Positions 1-9,308 of a DNA stretch of 32,000 nucleotides are shown one piece after another (the stretch's first letter is position 1; each line of letters begins with the position of its first letter). Made by a program: the position numbers and the translations under genes. The notes under the pieces were generated by a model. The model saw only the letters and a list, made by a program, of their open reading frames with translations. It was not told where the DNA came from and ran no database searches. Origin of the DNA: Vibrio vulnificus CMCP6 (GTDB lineage: Bacteria; Pseudomonadota; Gammaproteobacteria; Enterobacterales; Vibrionaceae); the NCBI RefSeq assembly GCF_000039765.1, contig NC_004460.2, positions 480,001 through 512,000 of the forward strand. Direction: 5' to 3'.

Positions 1-802
1 TCATTAACTGACTAAAGGTCTGATCGGATTTTTCGTTTAGGCTATAACTTAAGTACATGTACACACTGACTAACACAGCCGCGGTAATTGATAAAACAAC
101 CCACAATGGTGCTTTTTCTGCGATCTGCTCACCAACCAATACTTTGGCTAACGCATCATCGTTGAGTGAAGGACTGTAGTCCCGACCGTGCGATTTAAGG
201 ACATCCATTACGCGGTTTTTTAAGGAACGATGTTGCTCGATTCCATTTTCTCGAACTCGAAATTGCCCCAAAAAACCTAAGCTCATGCAGATATACATGA
301 CTTCTAGCAGATCTAAGTGCTTATTGGGTTCGGCAAGACTTTCATCGAGATGTATGAAGAACTGCTCACCGCCTTGAGTGTTGGAATAGAATGTCGACAA
401 TAACGAGTTGTGTCCCCAAACGGATTGACTTCCCCATTCGGTATTTAGGACGGCTTCATCGATAGCACAACATAAACAGTAGCGTGCGATATCGATCTGC
501 TTACTATTTGCGCCTTGTAATCTCAACCGGTTTTCATAGTCACGCATTTTTTGCACAAATGCTTCACGTAACTGTTTGACATCACTGTGCGTGGCCGTCG
601 CTCTAATTTGGCCAAGCAAGGAAACAATGACATTCGCTTCTGCCAGCAGTACGTTATTGCCAAACGCGACGATACTCGTTTCACGCGTTTCTTTACTATT
701 TTGCGTAAAGAGAACCGTGTTATCGCTTTCAAGCGATGCAACAGGTGTCGACTGCGGTGCTTTTTTACGCCCAGGGGTTGGTTTTACAATCGTTTCGTCC
801 AT
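1..802 (-). CDS. tssL: Type VI secretion system protein TssL/DotU family (C-terminus runs off window)
   Basis: Minus-strand reading frame from ATG at 802 (MDETIVKPTPGRKKAPQ...DIARYCLCCAIDEAVLNTEWGSQSVWGHNSLLSTFYSNTQGGEQFF...LLEVMYICLSLGFLGQFRV) open to position 1; DotU-type motifs and a C-terminal TM segment (APLWVVLSITAAVLVSVYMYLSYSL). Absent from the supplied ORF track because it is open at the edge. Adjacent to tssK. Confidence 0.93.
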   Translation of the reverse strand, partial: MDETIVKPTPGRKKAPQSTPVASLESDNTVLFTQNSKETRETSIVAFGNNVLLAEANVIVSLLGQIRATATHSDVKQLREAFVQKMRDYENRLRLQGANSKQIDIARYCLCCAIDEAVLNTEWGSQSVWGHNSLLSTFYSNTQGGEQFFIHLDESLAEPNKHLDLLEVMYICMSLGFLGQFRVRENGIEQHRSLKNRVMDVLKSHGRDYSPSLNDDALAKVLVGEQIAEKAPLWVVLSITAAVLVSVYMYLSYSLNEKSDQTFSQLM

Positions 803-810
803 AGCTTCAC

Positions 811-2133
811 TTATTGGTTAATACTCCAAAGCTCCATTTCTAACCCTGGGTAATTACCAGAGACATGAAATGCCATTCCCCCGCTTTCATTTAAACGAGC
901 CCAATAAGCGCCTTGTTTAACCAGCTCAAAATAGACGTAGCCTGCTGCGTAAGGCATCTGTCTTGGCACCACATTCAGTGGCGAAACGGCAATACCGTTG
1001 ATCTGATTATTGATAAGGTCGCGAATATTCTCTGCGGGTCCAACTTTGATTTGTCCTGGTAACTTTTTTCTAATTTCATCGGCAGAGACATCGGCTTTAA
1101 CGGCCAATACAAACTGACAAAGTGAAAGCAAACTTTTATCTGGTAATGGCGTAACGCGAATCCCAAACTGGCGAATATCCAAGGGCATCTTGGTCGCAGT
1201 TTGCTCCAATACCACACTCAGATATTGACTGAGGATTTGATTCATCTCAGAAAAGACAGGCCCCAAATTACTGTGTTGGTATTCGGGAAGCTTAGGGACT
1301 CGCTTATTTTTACTCGAAAAAGTGGACAGCTCACCAATTAAGCTCAATAAGGCCGTCGCTAACTCATGTGGATGAAGCTCACTCCCTTTCGATAAATGTC
1401 TTAAATTAGCCTCATAACGATTCAGCATCTGTAGCATAATGAAATCTACTGCAGAGGAAGACGCTGACTTGCCTTGTCCGAGACGACTTGCAATGGCGTC
1501 TGCCCTAATTTTGATCATGGCTAAAACGTTATTCAGATAACGAGTAAGCAGCGAACTATGGTGGACATTAAGGAAAGGTGGTACGAACTCTTCATCAAGA
1601 ATGACTTGACCTTCGCTACCAACATGACGAATTTTCACCAGAGGCAAAGAGACATAGCCCGGCAAATTGTCATTGGTTGCCTTTAACTCGCACTTAAGCG
1701 CCGCGAGTTGAAGTACTTCTTCATCACCAGACACGCTATCGGTTAAGGTGTGATCAACCACCTTATAGCGCGTTACCATTGAAGTCTCGGAATGGGAAAC
1801 GTTTTGGCCTTGGGATTTTTCTGCAGGTATCACAAGCTGAACCAAAGTATTTTCAATCCCTGGCTCAATTTTGAGTGGCTCAGGAAGCTGCTCGTTAATA
1901 GGTATGTTAACGAATGTCATATCGGAGAAAATTCCAACACACTCAGTTAGCGATACAACCCCTTCTTTCAACTGTTCTTTGTCGAGAGAAAACGATTCAA
2001 TTCCTCGGGCATAACAACCCACTAAACGCGTTAGACCTTTGTATTCATGAGACAACGCTCGCTCTTGTTGCTGAAAGTGTTGAGGACGCAGAAACATCCC
2101 TTCACTCCAAACAATCGGTGAATAAACACTCAT
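811..2133 (-). CDS. tssK: Type VI secretion system baseplate subunit TssK
   Basis: 440 aa; N-terminus VYSPIVWSEGMFLRPQHFQQQERAL is the typical TssK signature; 8 bp from tssL. Confidence 0.96.
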   Translation of the reverse strand: MSVYSPIVWSEGMFLRPQHFQQQERALSHEYKGLTRLVGCYARGIESFSLDKEQLKEGVVSLTECVGIFSDMTFVNIPINEQLPEPLKIEPGIENTLVQLVIPAEKSQGQNVSHSETSMVTRYKVVDHTLTDSVSGDEEVLQLAALKCELKATNDNLPGYVSLPLVKIRHVGSEGQVILDEEFVPPFLNVHHSSLLTRYLNNVLAMIKIRADAIASRLGQGKSASSSAVDFIMLQMLNRYEANLRHLSKGSELHPHELATALLSLIGELSTFSSKNKRVPKLPEYQHSNLGPVFSEMNQILSQYLSVVLEQTATKMPLDIRQFGIRVTPLPDKSLLSLCQFVLAVKADVSADEIRKKLPGQIKVGPAENIRDLINNQINGIAVSPLNVVPRQMPYAAGYVYFELVKQGAYWARLNESGGMAFHVSGNYPGLEMELWSINQ

Positions 2134-2156
2134 TTAATATCCTGCCAACGTTGTTA

Positions 2157-2612
2157 TTATTTTATAGCCAAAGACAATTCATCTAGTGAAAGCTCGTAGG
2201 TGTTATAGCCCTTGCGGTCGACCTTTATCACCTTGCGCCAATTTGCATTTTCGATGTCTCGATATGCCACTACAATGCCGATATATTCAACACTTGGTTT
2301 CATCGTAGATTCATAAAGTGTTTTTTGGCCTGGGGAGAGATACAATTCTGTTTTGTTCACCAGATCCGGGCCTAGCGTTTGGGCTGTATTTTCATATAGA
2401 GAGAAGAAGTCTTGACTCGTAAATAAGGTATCAGAAGTGAGTTCAAGGACATAAACTACGACAGGTGAAGGTCTGCCATTCATATCTGGATTGACATTGA
2501 ATCCCGTCTTTATTTCCAAATTTGAATAGGGAGAAACAACCATATTTGCCGCACTGCAACCCACTAATAAAAACACTATTATTGTGGTAATTATTTTTGC
2601 CATGGCTTTCAT
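2157..2612 (-). CDS. tssJ: Type VI secretion system lipoprotein TssJ
   Basis: Signal peptide with lipobox (MAKIITTIIVFLLVGCSAA; probable start at 2603), DxNxxxxGRPSPVVVYVLEL and TLGPDLVNKTELYLSPGQ motifs; between tssK and the FHA gene. Confidence 0.9.
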   Translation of the reverse strand: MKAMAKIITTIIVFLLVGCSAANMVVSPYSNLEIKTGFNVNPDMNGRPSPVVVYVLELTSDTLFTSQDFFSLYENTAQTLGPDLVNKTELYLSPGQKTLYESTMKPSVEYIGIVVAYRDIENANWRKVIKVDRKGYNTYELSLDELSLAIK

Positions 2613-3830
2613 TTATTCTCTCCCTACTTTTCTTATTGCCGATTCATAAGATTTGGAAAAGTCTTCCAAATAAAACCCTTTCTCATCAATGTCAATTTCA
2701 TTTCTTATTTGAAAATAGATATTTTCATACTTCTTCCATCGTTTTTTATCGAGTTGCGAAAATATTGATGTCAATCCATTTTTTTCACTTTGAGACACAT
2801 GTCCAGATATGGTATTCGGCTCAAGCAGTCGTAACACCCCAGATACAGCACCATGAACACCTTCTATCATTGCTTTTTCATGAGCTTCTATATCATTGAA
2901 TGCAGATTGAATTGCAGCTTCCGGTGAAAGAAAACTCGCACTGCGTCTGTTATATAGATTGTGAATTGCATCTTCTAAATTCGCCGAAAACTTAAGAGGG
3001 TTATTTTCCTTTTTCTGAAAAGAGGTATGGTTTAATTTGTTCGCCTGTTTAAATTCCGCACGATTATGCAGTGTCTGCATCAGACCTTCTAACATAAGAG
3101 AATAAGAGCGACCTAATCGATTAAACCATTGCTCTCTTTCCTGTTCTGGAACTAAGCTTAAATCGATGCCAGCCCCCTTGAGAAAGGCATTCAAATCCGA
3201 GTCAACACGTTCACATCGCTTAGCCACTTTCTCATCACGAGGATAGTCGGTCGCTCTCTCTTCTTTCAAAGTCGGCTCTATGTGAGGGCTTAATATGGGA
3301 GCGTCAAGAAAGTCATCCAAATCACCTAGCTCTGGCGATAGATTTTGCTGCTGCTTTTCTTCTTCTGCCAAAAATAGGTTTGCGTCAAAACCAAAATCCA
3401 TAAAATTATCATTACCACTGACAGGCTCTTTATTTACTTCACGTGGTGACAGAGTATTGGTGTGGATTTGGCTTTGGGTTACGTTATGGTTTTCACTATT
3501 TTTAAACGATACTTCGATTTCATAATCTCCAAAATTAATCACATCTTTGTCATTTAAAGCCACCTCGACACCATTTCCTACTGGGCTGACTGACTTATTA
3601 ACAAAAATACCATTTGTAGAGAGATCTCTAAGTAGATAATCATTACCAAACTTAGTTATTTCACCATGAACACCAGAAATAATTCGTTCAGGATCAGGTA
3701 ATACCCAATCACAGCTCTCAGAGCGACCAAATTTCATACAAAAGTGTTCTTCATTGGTGGGTATTGAATACACACTTTTTATTTCTGGTGTAAAACGGTG
3801 GAAACTAGTAATCGAAAGCACTATTCCCAT
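2613..3830 (-). CDS. tagH: T6SS-associated FHA-domain protein (TagH/Fha-like)
   Basis: FHA signature FGRSESCDWVLPDPERIISGVHGEI...LRDLSTNGIFVN; C-terminal helical region typical of T6SS FHA proteins. The track ORF opens at 3917 but MGIVLSITSF... at 3830 is the more likely start. Confidence 0.88.
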   Translation of the reverse strand: MGIVLSITSFHRFTPEIKSVYSIPTNEEHFCMKFGRSESCDWVLPDPERIISGVHGEITKFGNDYLLRDLSTNGIFVNKSVSPVGNGVEVALNDKDVINFGDYEIEVSFKNSENHNVTQSQIHTNTLSPREVNKEPVSGNDNFMDFGFDANLFLAEEEKQQQNLSPELGDLDDFLDAPILSPHIEPTLKEERATDYPRDEKVAKRCERVDSDLNAFLKGAGIDLSLVPEQEREQWFNRLGRSYSLMLEGLMQTLHNRAEFKQANKLNHTSFQKKENNPLKFSANLEDAIHNLYNRRSASFLSPEAAIQSAFNDIEAHEKAMIEGVHGAVSGVLRLLEPNTISGHVSQSEKNGLTSIFSQLDKKRWKKYENIYFQIRNEIDIDEKGFYLEDFSKSYESAIRKVGRE

Positions 3831-4145
3831 AACATCCTCTAGCCACTTTATTAATAATGCATTTATCAACAAAACCCAAAATGTAAACTCGATTTTGTTT
3901 TCAGTATTAGAATGCACTACTACTTTAGATATATTTATTGCCTGCGATAATGAGCATTTTGCTGATTTAACACAAAGCCAAAATCATGCAACAAAACAAA
4001 TATAGAACACAGTTCAAACTTTTAGTGAGAACCGATGTTACAAAGAATTAGTCCCCTGTTAATTAGTACGAAAGCTTTTAATTCACAGCCAAATCAAACT
4101 TTTTTGAGTATATGATGTCACTCTTTACCGTTTTAGGGGTTGTAT

Positions 4146-6314
4146 ATGTTAGTTGATAATGAGAAGAAAAACACGCAAGAAGAGAAAAATGACAAGACTA
4201 AATTTATTGCGCGTTCACAAAAAATCGGTCCAGAAAAGAATGTAGAAAAAAGTAGAATAGAACCAGTTAGTGTTAAAGAAATAAATAAAGAAGACAGTAT
4301 TAACGACAAATCTCACACTAAAAGACCCGAATCAAAAACAGCTCACCCCTCAACAAGAACAGAGGTAAACACCACTGTGACGGGGGAAAACAATTCTCCC
4401 GGTTATCAAACTCTAGAGAAAGGCCATTTAGTTAAAAATCGTTACGTGATTGACAGCCTAATTGGGCATGGTGGCCTATGTGACGTCTACCGAGCCAAAG
4501 ATAAAGTTCTTGAATCATCGGGAGTTGCTAGCCCTTTTGTCGCACTCAAAGTATTGCAGCACGAATACATCGACCAACCAGAGACTGCGCGAATGCTTAT
4601 CCGAGAGGCGCAGCATACTCAAACCTTGAGCCACCCCAACATCATTCGTGTTTTTGATTTTGGCGTCGATAACAAAATTTATTTTATCGTGATGGAATAC
4701 TTAGATGGAGAGACCATCGAACAGTTGATTCAGCGTTCCAGACCCAATGGCTTGGCGTTTCCTAATGCCAAAGTCCTACTAAACCAAATACTCGATGCTC
4801 TGATATATGCTCATTCGCTTGATATCGTACACGCAGACCTGAAGCCCGCTAACATCATGATCGATTCAGCCGGTACGGTAAAATTGCTCGACTTTGGTGT
4901 GTCAAAAACTGAACGCCTCAAACAAGATCAGTACGCCGCCAAGCGTAAAGTCGATGATCATCAAGTATTGGGATATACACCAAATTATGCATCCCTCAAT
5001 ATTATTAGCGGTAATAAGCCGTGCAGACAGGACGATCTGTTTGCGTTTGCCTGCATCGCATACGAACTACTCTCTTGCAAGCATCCCTATAATCGAACCC
5101 CTATCGATTTGGCTAAGAAAAATGCGATTCCGCTAAAGAAACCCTCTGGTTTTCCAAATACCCTATGGCCCGATATTAAAACGATTCTCACCGACACCAG
5201 CGGTCAGTACAAGCTCAGTGCCGAGTCACTGAAACAGAGACTCAACCAAAAGAATCGCTCAAAATATGCGATAGCTGCATTGATTGTTTTCGGTTTATCC
5301 ACCTCTCTTGGTGTTGTGCATCACTTAAACTCGCAGATCGTGCAGTTGGAAGAAACCAATCGCCAATTGGCTCATTCGCTACAAACGCAACAACAGATCA
5401 TTAATAGCCAACCTGAGTCAGTCTTCGAACTTAGCGCATCCGATACCATCCATCCGGTTTTAAAAGCCGGATTACTGCGGCATCACAAGCAAACGCTTCT
5501 CGCGAAATTCGAGCAACAGATTGATGAAATTCTCAACCAAAGCAATAACGAGTATCCCGATTACGATCAAGTCGAATCTGTCCTGAAGCACGCGGCCATC
5601 TACTACCCAGATTCCCACAAGCTTGAATTACTCAACCTTGACATGCGCTCGAGCAAGCGTTCAACCTTGCTGTCAATTGAAAGACACATCAATTCTGTAC
5701 TCGAAAAAGGTCAATACGATGCTCAACAGGATGGGAAATCGATCGTTGATCTCAACAATGATTTAAATTCCATTCAAAAGAATTATCCACTCACTCCATC
5801 ATCACTGGCATTGGAAGTATTTGAGCAAAATCTTATTGACGCTATTGAGCAGCGTAACTCAATTGCACTCACAGAACTGCTGGCGATAGGCGCGACGTTT
5901 TTTAGTACTCATGAAGCTTCTCAGCAGAGATTGCTACATGCTAAGGAAGTGAATTCAGCCGTCATTGCCATGGAGAAGTGGAAACAAGCGGAAGAAAATG
6001 GGCAGCAGGCGGTATACCCCTATGATGCAGCGCAGGTTCTTTATGGGCACAAGTTTACCTCATTACATAAAAAGCTTGAAAACGCGACAACCGTTAACTC
6101 ACTCGATCAGTTGGTGGCCGATATCGATAACCTCGCCAAGGATTTCCCGCCAAATTTCCCAAACATCTCTGATCTGCGTTTTCAAACTGCCAACAAGTAC
6201 CTGAAGTTTTCAGATATGCTGCTGAGAAAACGCCAATCAGTCAGTGCACGAAACGCGATGAAAAAGGCAAACGAACTGCTGCAGCAAGTCGACAGTACCG
6301 ACTTTAGAGGCTAA
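4146..6314 (+). CDS. ppkA: T6SS-associated serine/threonine protein kinase (PpkA-like), membrane-anchored
   Basis: Kinase motifs: GHGGLCDVYRAKD (P-loop), VALKVL (VAIK), DIVHADLKPANIMID (catalytic loop), KLLDFGVS (DFG), then a TM helix (AIAALIVFGLSTSLGVV) and a ~325-aa C-terminal region. ATG at 4146 (track start 4140 is TTG). Divergent from the T6SS genes. Confidence 0.88.
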   Translation: MLVDNEKKNTQEEKNDKTKFIARSQKIGPEKNVEKSRIEPVSVKEINKEDSINDKSHTKRPESKTAHPSTRTEVNTTVTGENNSPGYQTLEKGHLVKNRYVIDSLIGHGGLCDVYRAKDKVLESSGVASPFVALKVLQHEYIDQPETARMLIREAQHTQTLSHPNIIRVFDFGVDNKIYFIVMEYLDGETIEQLIQRSRPNGLAFPNAKVLLNQILDALIYAHSLDIVHADLKPANIMIDSAGTVKLLDFGVSKTERLKQDQYAAKRKVDDHQVLGYTPNYASLNIISGNKPCRQDDLFAFACIAYELLSCKHPYNRTPIDLAKKNAIPLKKPSGFPNTLWPDIKTILTDTSGQYKLSAESLKQRLNQKNRSKYAIAALIVFGLSTSLGVVHHLNSQIVQLEETNRQLAHSLQTQQQIINSQPESVFELSASDTIHPVLKAGLLRHHKQTLLAKFEQQIDEILNQSNNEYPDYDQVESVLKHAAIYYPDSHKLELLNLDMRSSKRSTLLSIERHINSVLEKGQYDAQQDGKSIVDLNNDLNSIQKNYPLTPSSLALEVFEQNLIDAIEQRNSIALTELLAIGATFFSTHEASQQRLLHAKEVNSAVIAMEKWKQAEENGQQAVYPYDAAQVLYGHKFTSLHKKLENATTVNSLDQLVADIDNLAKDFPPNFPNISDLRFQTANKYLKFSDMLLRKRQSVSARNAMKKANELLQQVDSTDFRG

Positions 6315-6325
6315 GGTGCCGACAA

Positions 6326-6360
6326 AAAACGGCCAAAGCGTCACCCGCTTTGGCCGTTTT
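6326..6360. terminator. Bidirectional intrinsic terminator between ppkA and GST gene
   Basis: aaaacggccaaagcg-tcacc-cgctttggccgtttt: perfect 15-nt arms with A/T tracts on both sides, between convergent genes. Confidence 0.88.
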
Positions 6361-6377
6361 AGTGTAGGTATACCGAA

Positions 6378-6995
6378 TTACAAAGGCTGGAATGCCGCTC
6401 TGTTGGAGACTTGCTCATACCACTTCTCAATGTGGCTGAATTGTTCAAAGACCGCAAGCTCAAGCCCTTTTACAGCAAACGTAACAAAAATGAACGCGGT
6501 GATATCGACAATCGTAAAGTGTTCTGTCGCAACATAAGGGCTTTCAGAAAGGCGCTTTTCCAATACTGGCAAAAATGCCTCAACACGTTTTTTAGATTCT
6601 ACGCCCCACGCTTCCACACACGTTTCTCTGTCTTGATATATTGCAGTAATATTGCGAAAAGCTTGGAATGCAGCGTAGAGACCTTGAAACTCGACAACAC
6701 GGTGCCACATTTCGACTTGCGCTTTTTCTAAAGCGTCACGCCCAAACAGCGCCATTTCATTCGGATGAATCTCATCAAAATAACGACAGATTGCCACACT
6801 TTCACACAGCGTTGTGCCATCGTCCAGTTCAAGCATCGGCACTTTACCATTGACGCTTTTCTGCAAAAATTCGGGGGTGAGGTTATCGCCCTCTCTTACG
6901 TTGAGCTGGACACGTTCAACACTTGCACCAATTTCAGCCAAAAATAGCGCTACTCGGCGACAACTAGGGGTCATTTCTGTTTCATACAGTTTCAT
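6378..6995 (-). CDS. Glutathione S-transferase family protein
   Basis: 205 aa; MKLYETEMTPSCRRVALFLAEIG...NGKVPMLELDDGTTLCESVAICRYFDE thioredoxin-fold N-terminal GST signature. Confidence 0.92.
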   Translation of the reverse strand: MKLYETEMTPSCRRVALFLAEIGASVERVQLNVREGDNLTPEFLQKSVNGKVPMLELDDGTTLCESVAICRYFDEIHPNEMALFGRDALEKAQVEMWHRVVEFQGLYAAFQAFRNITAIYQDRETCVEAWGVESKKRVEAFLPVLEKRLSESPYVATEHFTIVDITAFIFVTFAVKGLELAVFEQFSHIEKWYEQVSNRAAFQPL

Positions 6996-7095
6996 TTTTA
7001 GTCCTTTCTCTTTTTCAGAACGATCGTTTAGGTTAGAATGTACGTGTTTTCTAAACGTTCAGTCAAGAATAATTTTTATCCATTGAGGTTTTGTT

Positions 7096-7683
7096 ATGGC
7101 ACGAAAGGCAAATTTCAATCGAGACGATAAGCTACTAGAAGCTATGGATCTCTTCTGGAGGAAAGGCTACGCCAGCACCGCCATTTCAGATTTGGTTGAT
7201 GAGCTCAAAATAAATCGATTCAGTTTGTACAACACATTTGGTGATAAACAGCAGCTGTATTACGAAGCGCTTGAGATGTACTTAACATCGATCTCCTTTC
7301 CTTCTTTAGGTGATGTCAGTCAGCCAGGTGCGTCACTTGCTGAGCTTGAAGCTTTCTTAAATCATTTTGCTCAAATTCAAAGGGAAAGAAGCTGCGGTTG
7401 CTTTATGCAAAATGCGTTGATTGAGCACGCTGGTGATGACGATGAAGTACTACAGAAAGGCAACCGCCTGTTTGATCACCTGCTTGAAGTATTGACGAAC
7501 ACCATAGGCAATGGTCAAAAAAATCAACAAATTACAACCACCATTCCGGCAAGCGCTCTGGCAAAGTTGGTCCTTAACCAAATGCAAGGAATGCGCGTTA
7601 TGGGCAAAACGAAACGCTATGATGATTTAGAAATCGCACTGCAGACGCTGCTCGCACTCATCAAGTTGGAGCCACGTCAATGA
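7096..7683 (+). CDS. TetR/AcrR family transcriptional regulator
   Basis: LLEAMDLFWRKGYASTAISDLVDELKINRFSLYNTFGDKQQLYYEAL: TetR-type helix-turn-helix; divergent from the GST gene. Confidence 0.92.
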   Translation: MARKANFNRDDKLLEAMDLFWRKGYASTAISDLVDELKINRFSLYNTFGDKQQLYYEALEMYLTSISFPSLGDVSQPGASLAELEAFLNHFAQIQRERSCGCFMQNALIEHAGDDDEVLQKGNRLFDHLLEVLTNTIGNGQKNQQITTTIPASALAKLVLNQMQGMRVMGKTKRYDDLEIALQTLLALIKLEPRQ

Positions 7684-8078
7684 GCATCAACGTCATCGCA
7701 AAACGTTTGGAATATGGTGCAGACTTAAAACGCGCGATTGCCAATATCGTGACAGAGCATAACATCACAGCGGGAAGTATAGCGGCCTGTACTGGCTGCC
7801 TAAGCGAAGTGAAACTGAGGTTGGCTGGCGCGCAAAGTGAATTCCAACAGAAAGCATGTTTTGAAATTGTCGCCATTACTGCCACCTTGACCCCTGAGCA
7901 TCAGCATGTTCATCTTGCTATTGCGGATGAACACGGTCGTGTGTACGGTGGACACCTACTCGAAGGTTGCCTCGTTGATACCACCGTTGAGGTGATTGTT
8001 CACGCATACCCTGCGTTGTATTTTGAGCGAGCTTGGGACGAAAAGACCGGTTACACCGAGCTTGTAATTAAGCAATAA
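7680..8078 (+). CDS. PPC/DUF296 domain (plant- and prokaryote-conserved) DNA-binding-like protein
   Basis: 132 aa with LEYGADLKRAIANIVTEHNITAGSIAACTGCLSEVKLRLAG...EHQHVHLAIADEHGRVYGGHLLEGCLVDTTVEVIV; ATGA overlap with the upstream TetR gene. Confidence 0.85.
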   Translation: MSINVIAKRLEYGADLKRAIANIVTEHNITAGSIAACTGCLSEVKLRLAGAQSEFQQKACFEIVAITATLTPEHQHVHLAIADEHGRVYGGHLLEGCLVDTTVEVIVHAYPALYFERAWDEKTGYTELVIKQ

Positions 8079-8081
8079 ACG

Positions 8082-8306
8082 TCAATCAAATTCGCGCTTG
8101 AGGGGTTTAACAGCACTATCCAATCCTTCAATTTTGAGCGCAAGACAGAGCTGCATTAACTCACCGAGTTCTCCTTGCGGGAACTCGTCTTTGCGTGCAA
8201 ACCAAAGTAAGTACTCTTCAGGCAAATCAATCAACACCCTTCCCGCATATTTCCCAAATGGCATTTGAATTCGCGCTAACTTGATGAGATTTTCTTTGGC
8301 AAGCAT
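8082..8306 (-). CDS. DUF3820 family protein
   Basis: MLAKENLIKLARIQMPFGKYAGRVLIDLPEEYLLWFARKDEFPQGELGELM; start at 8306 preferred over the track start 8345. Confidence 0.8.
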   Translation of the reverse strand: MLAKENLIKLARIQMPFGKYAGRVLIDLPEEYLLWFARKDEFPQGELGELMQLCLALKIEGLDSAVKPLKREFD

Positions 8307-8377
8307 GTTCTGGTCCTTTAATTTATTGCGCGACAAGCTTACCATTAGCCGGCAATGACCACCAAGGACAGAAATTC

Positions 8378-8683
8378 ATGAAGACCCCCTGTGTTGCAGC
8401 CTGTAAAAACAATAATGGCATCTGCGAAGGTTGCCTGCGCACAGTCACCGAGATAGCCAACTGGTCTCAATTTAATGCTCTGCAAAGAGAAGAGATTATG
8501 GCTCAGCTCGATGGCCGAACCGCGACCCACGAGTGCCCGAGCTGTACGAAACCAACGCAATGTGACATTGCCCAAGGAAAAACACACTGTTGGTGTTTTG
8601 ATCTAGAAGAAAGAGAAGTGAGCGTACCTAGCGAAGCTCTATGCCTTTGTCGACGCTGTTTAGAGAAAGCACCGATTGCCTAA
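8378..8683 (+). CDS. Small cysteine-rich protein: N-terminal DUF1289-like plus C-terminal cysteine-rich CWC-like domain
   Basis: MKTPCVAACKNNNGICEGCLRTVTEIANW (DUF1289-type CxxxC...CxGCxRT) then HECPSCTKPTQCDIAQGKTHCWCFDL...CLCRRCL. Confidence 0.75.
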   Translation: MKTPCVAACKNNNGICEGCLRTVTEIANWSQFNALQREEIMAQLDGRTATHECPSCTKPTQCDIAQGKTHCWCFDLEEREVSVPSEALCLCRRCLEKAPIA

Positions 8684-8702
8684 ACAATCAGCGCTCATGT
8701 CA

Positions 8703-9047
8703 CTACTTTTCTGTGAGTGCTGCCGTGTCAAACTGAACACCTGACCAACCAAAACGTATGAAATTGCGAATATTTTGATGGTCATCGTTCTCGGGATGCA
8801 ACAATACATCATGACGGTAATAGCGACCAAAACACGCAAGCGTTTGTTCTTCGTTTAACTCATTCAATTGTGCGAAAGAAAAAATCTTGCATGATCCATT
8901 GTTTTGGCCCGCTTCGTTATGTGTGTCGCCATTTTGAAATGCCGCAGGCACAAATACATAATGGCTATCAATGACATCAATAACCTCTTGAAACTCCACT
9001 TTTTCGGGCGTTTCAGCCAACTTAGCCAGTAAATCCTTTAAACTCAT
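8703..9047 (-). CDS. HopJ type III effector family protein (housekeeping homologue)
   Basis: 114 aa; VEFQEVIDVIDSHYVFVPAAFQNGDTHNEAGQNNGSCKIFSFAQLN...CFGRYYRHDVLLHPENDDHQNIRNFI matches the HopJ-family pattern. Confidence 0.82.
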   Translation of the reverse strand: MSLKDLLAKLAETPEKVEFQEVIDVIDSHYVFVPAAFQNGDTHNEAGQNNGSCKIFSFAQLNELNEEQTLACFGRYYRHDVLLHPENDDHQNIRNFIRFGWSGVQFDTAALTEK

Positions 9048-9308
9048 TATCCTTCCTGTACAGTGTGATTAAAGAGTCAAAAAACTAATCGCTTTGTCGT
9101 CCCTTTTCAAGCCATTTATCCCAGTGAGTATGCTTAGCAACACTCATGCTATCGAGTTGAACATAGAAAATTGTTTCAAACCAATTCCAACACAAGCTAA
9201 CCCGTTAAAACCTCAGCTTTTTTATTAATAACGACTATCATTTACAACCTTAAGCGTTACGTTTACTATTCACGCTGTTTATATATTTGTTAATTAGGTT
9301 CTGCTCTT

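Noticed and set aside
3831-4145. Sigma-54 (VasH-type) promoter for the T6SS genes or kinase
   Set aside because: I looked for GG-N10-GC and TGGCAC-N5-TTGC on both strands and found no acceptable match.
8703-9047. HopJ homologue as a type III effector
   Set aside because: The family name is historical; there is no type III secretion context here and the gene is a chromosomal housekeeping-type gene in Vibrio.
9084-9150. Tiny minus-strand ORF MSVAKHTHWDKWLEKGRQSD*
   Set aside because: Only 20 codons with no clear SD or neighbours; not enough support to call.
9048-9308. c-di-GMP (GEMM) riboswitch upstream of the GGDEF-EAL gene
   Set aside because: The AT-rich leader lacks the conserved GEMM tetraloop/receptor sequences; no aptamer could be drawn.
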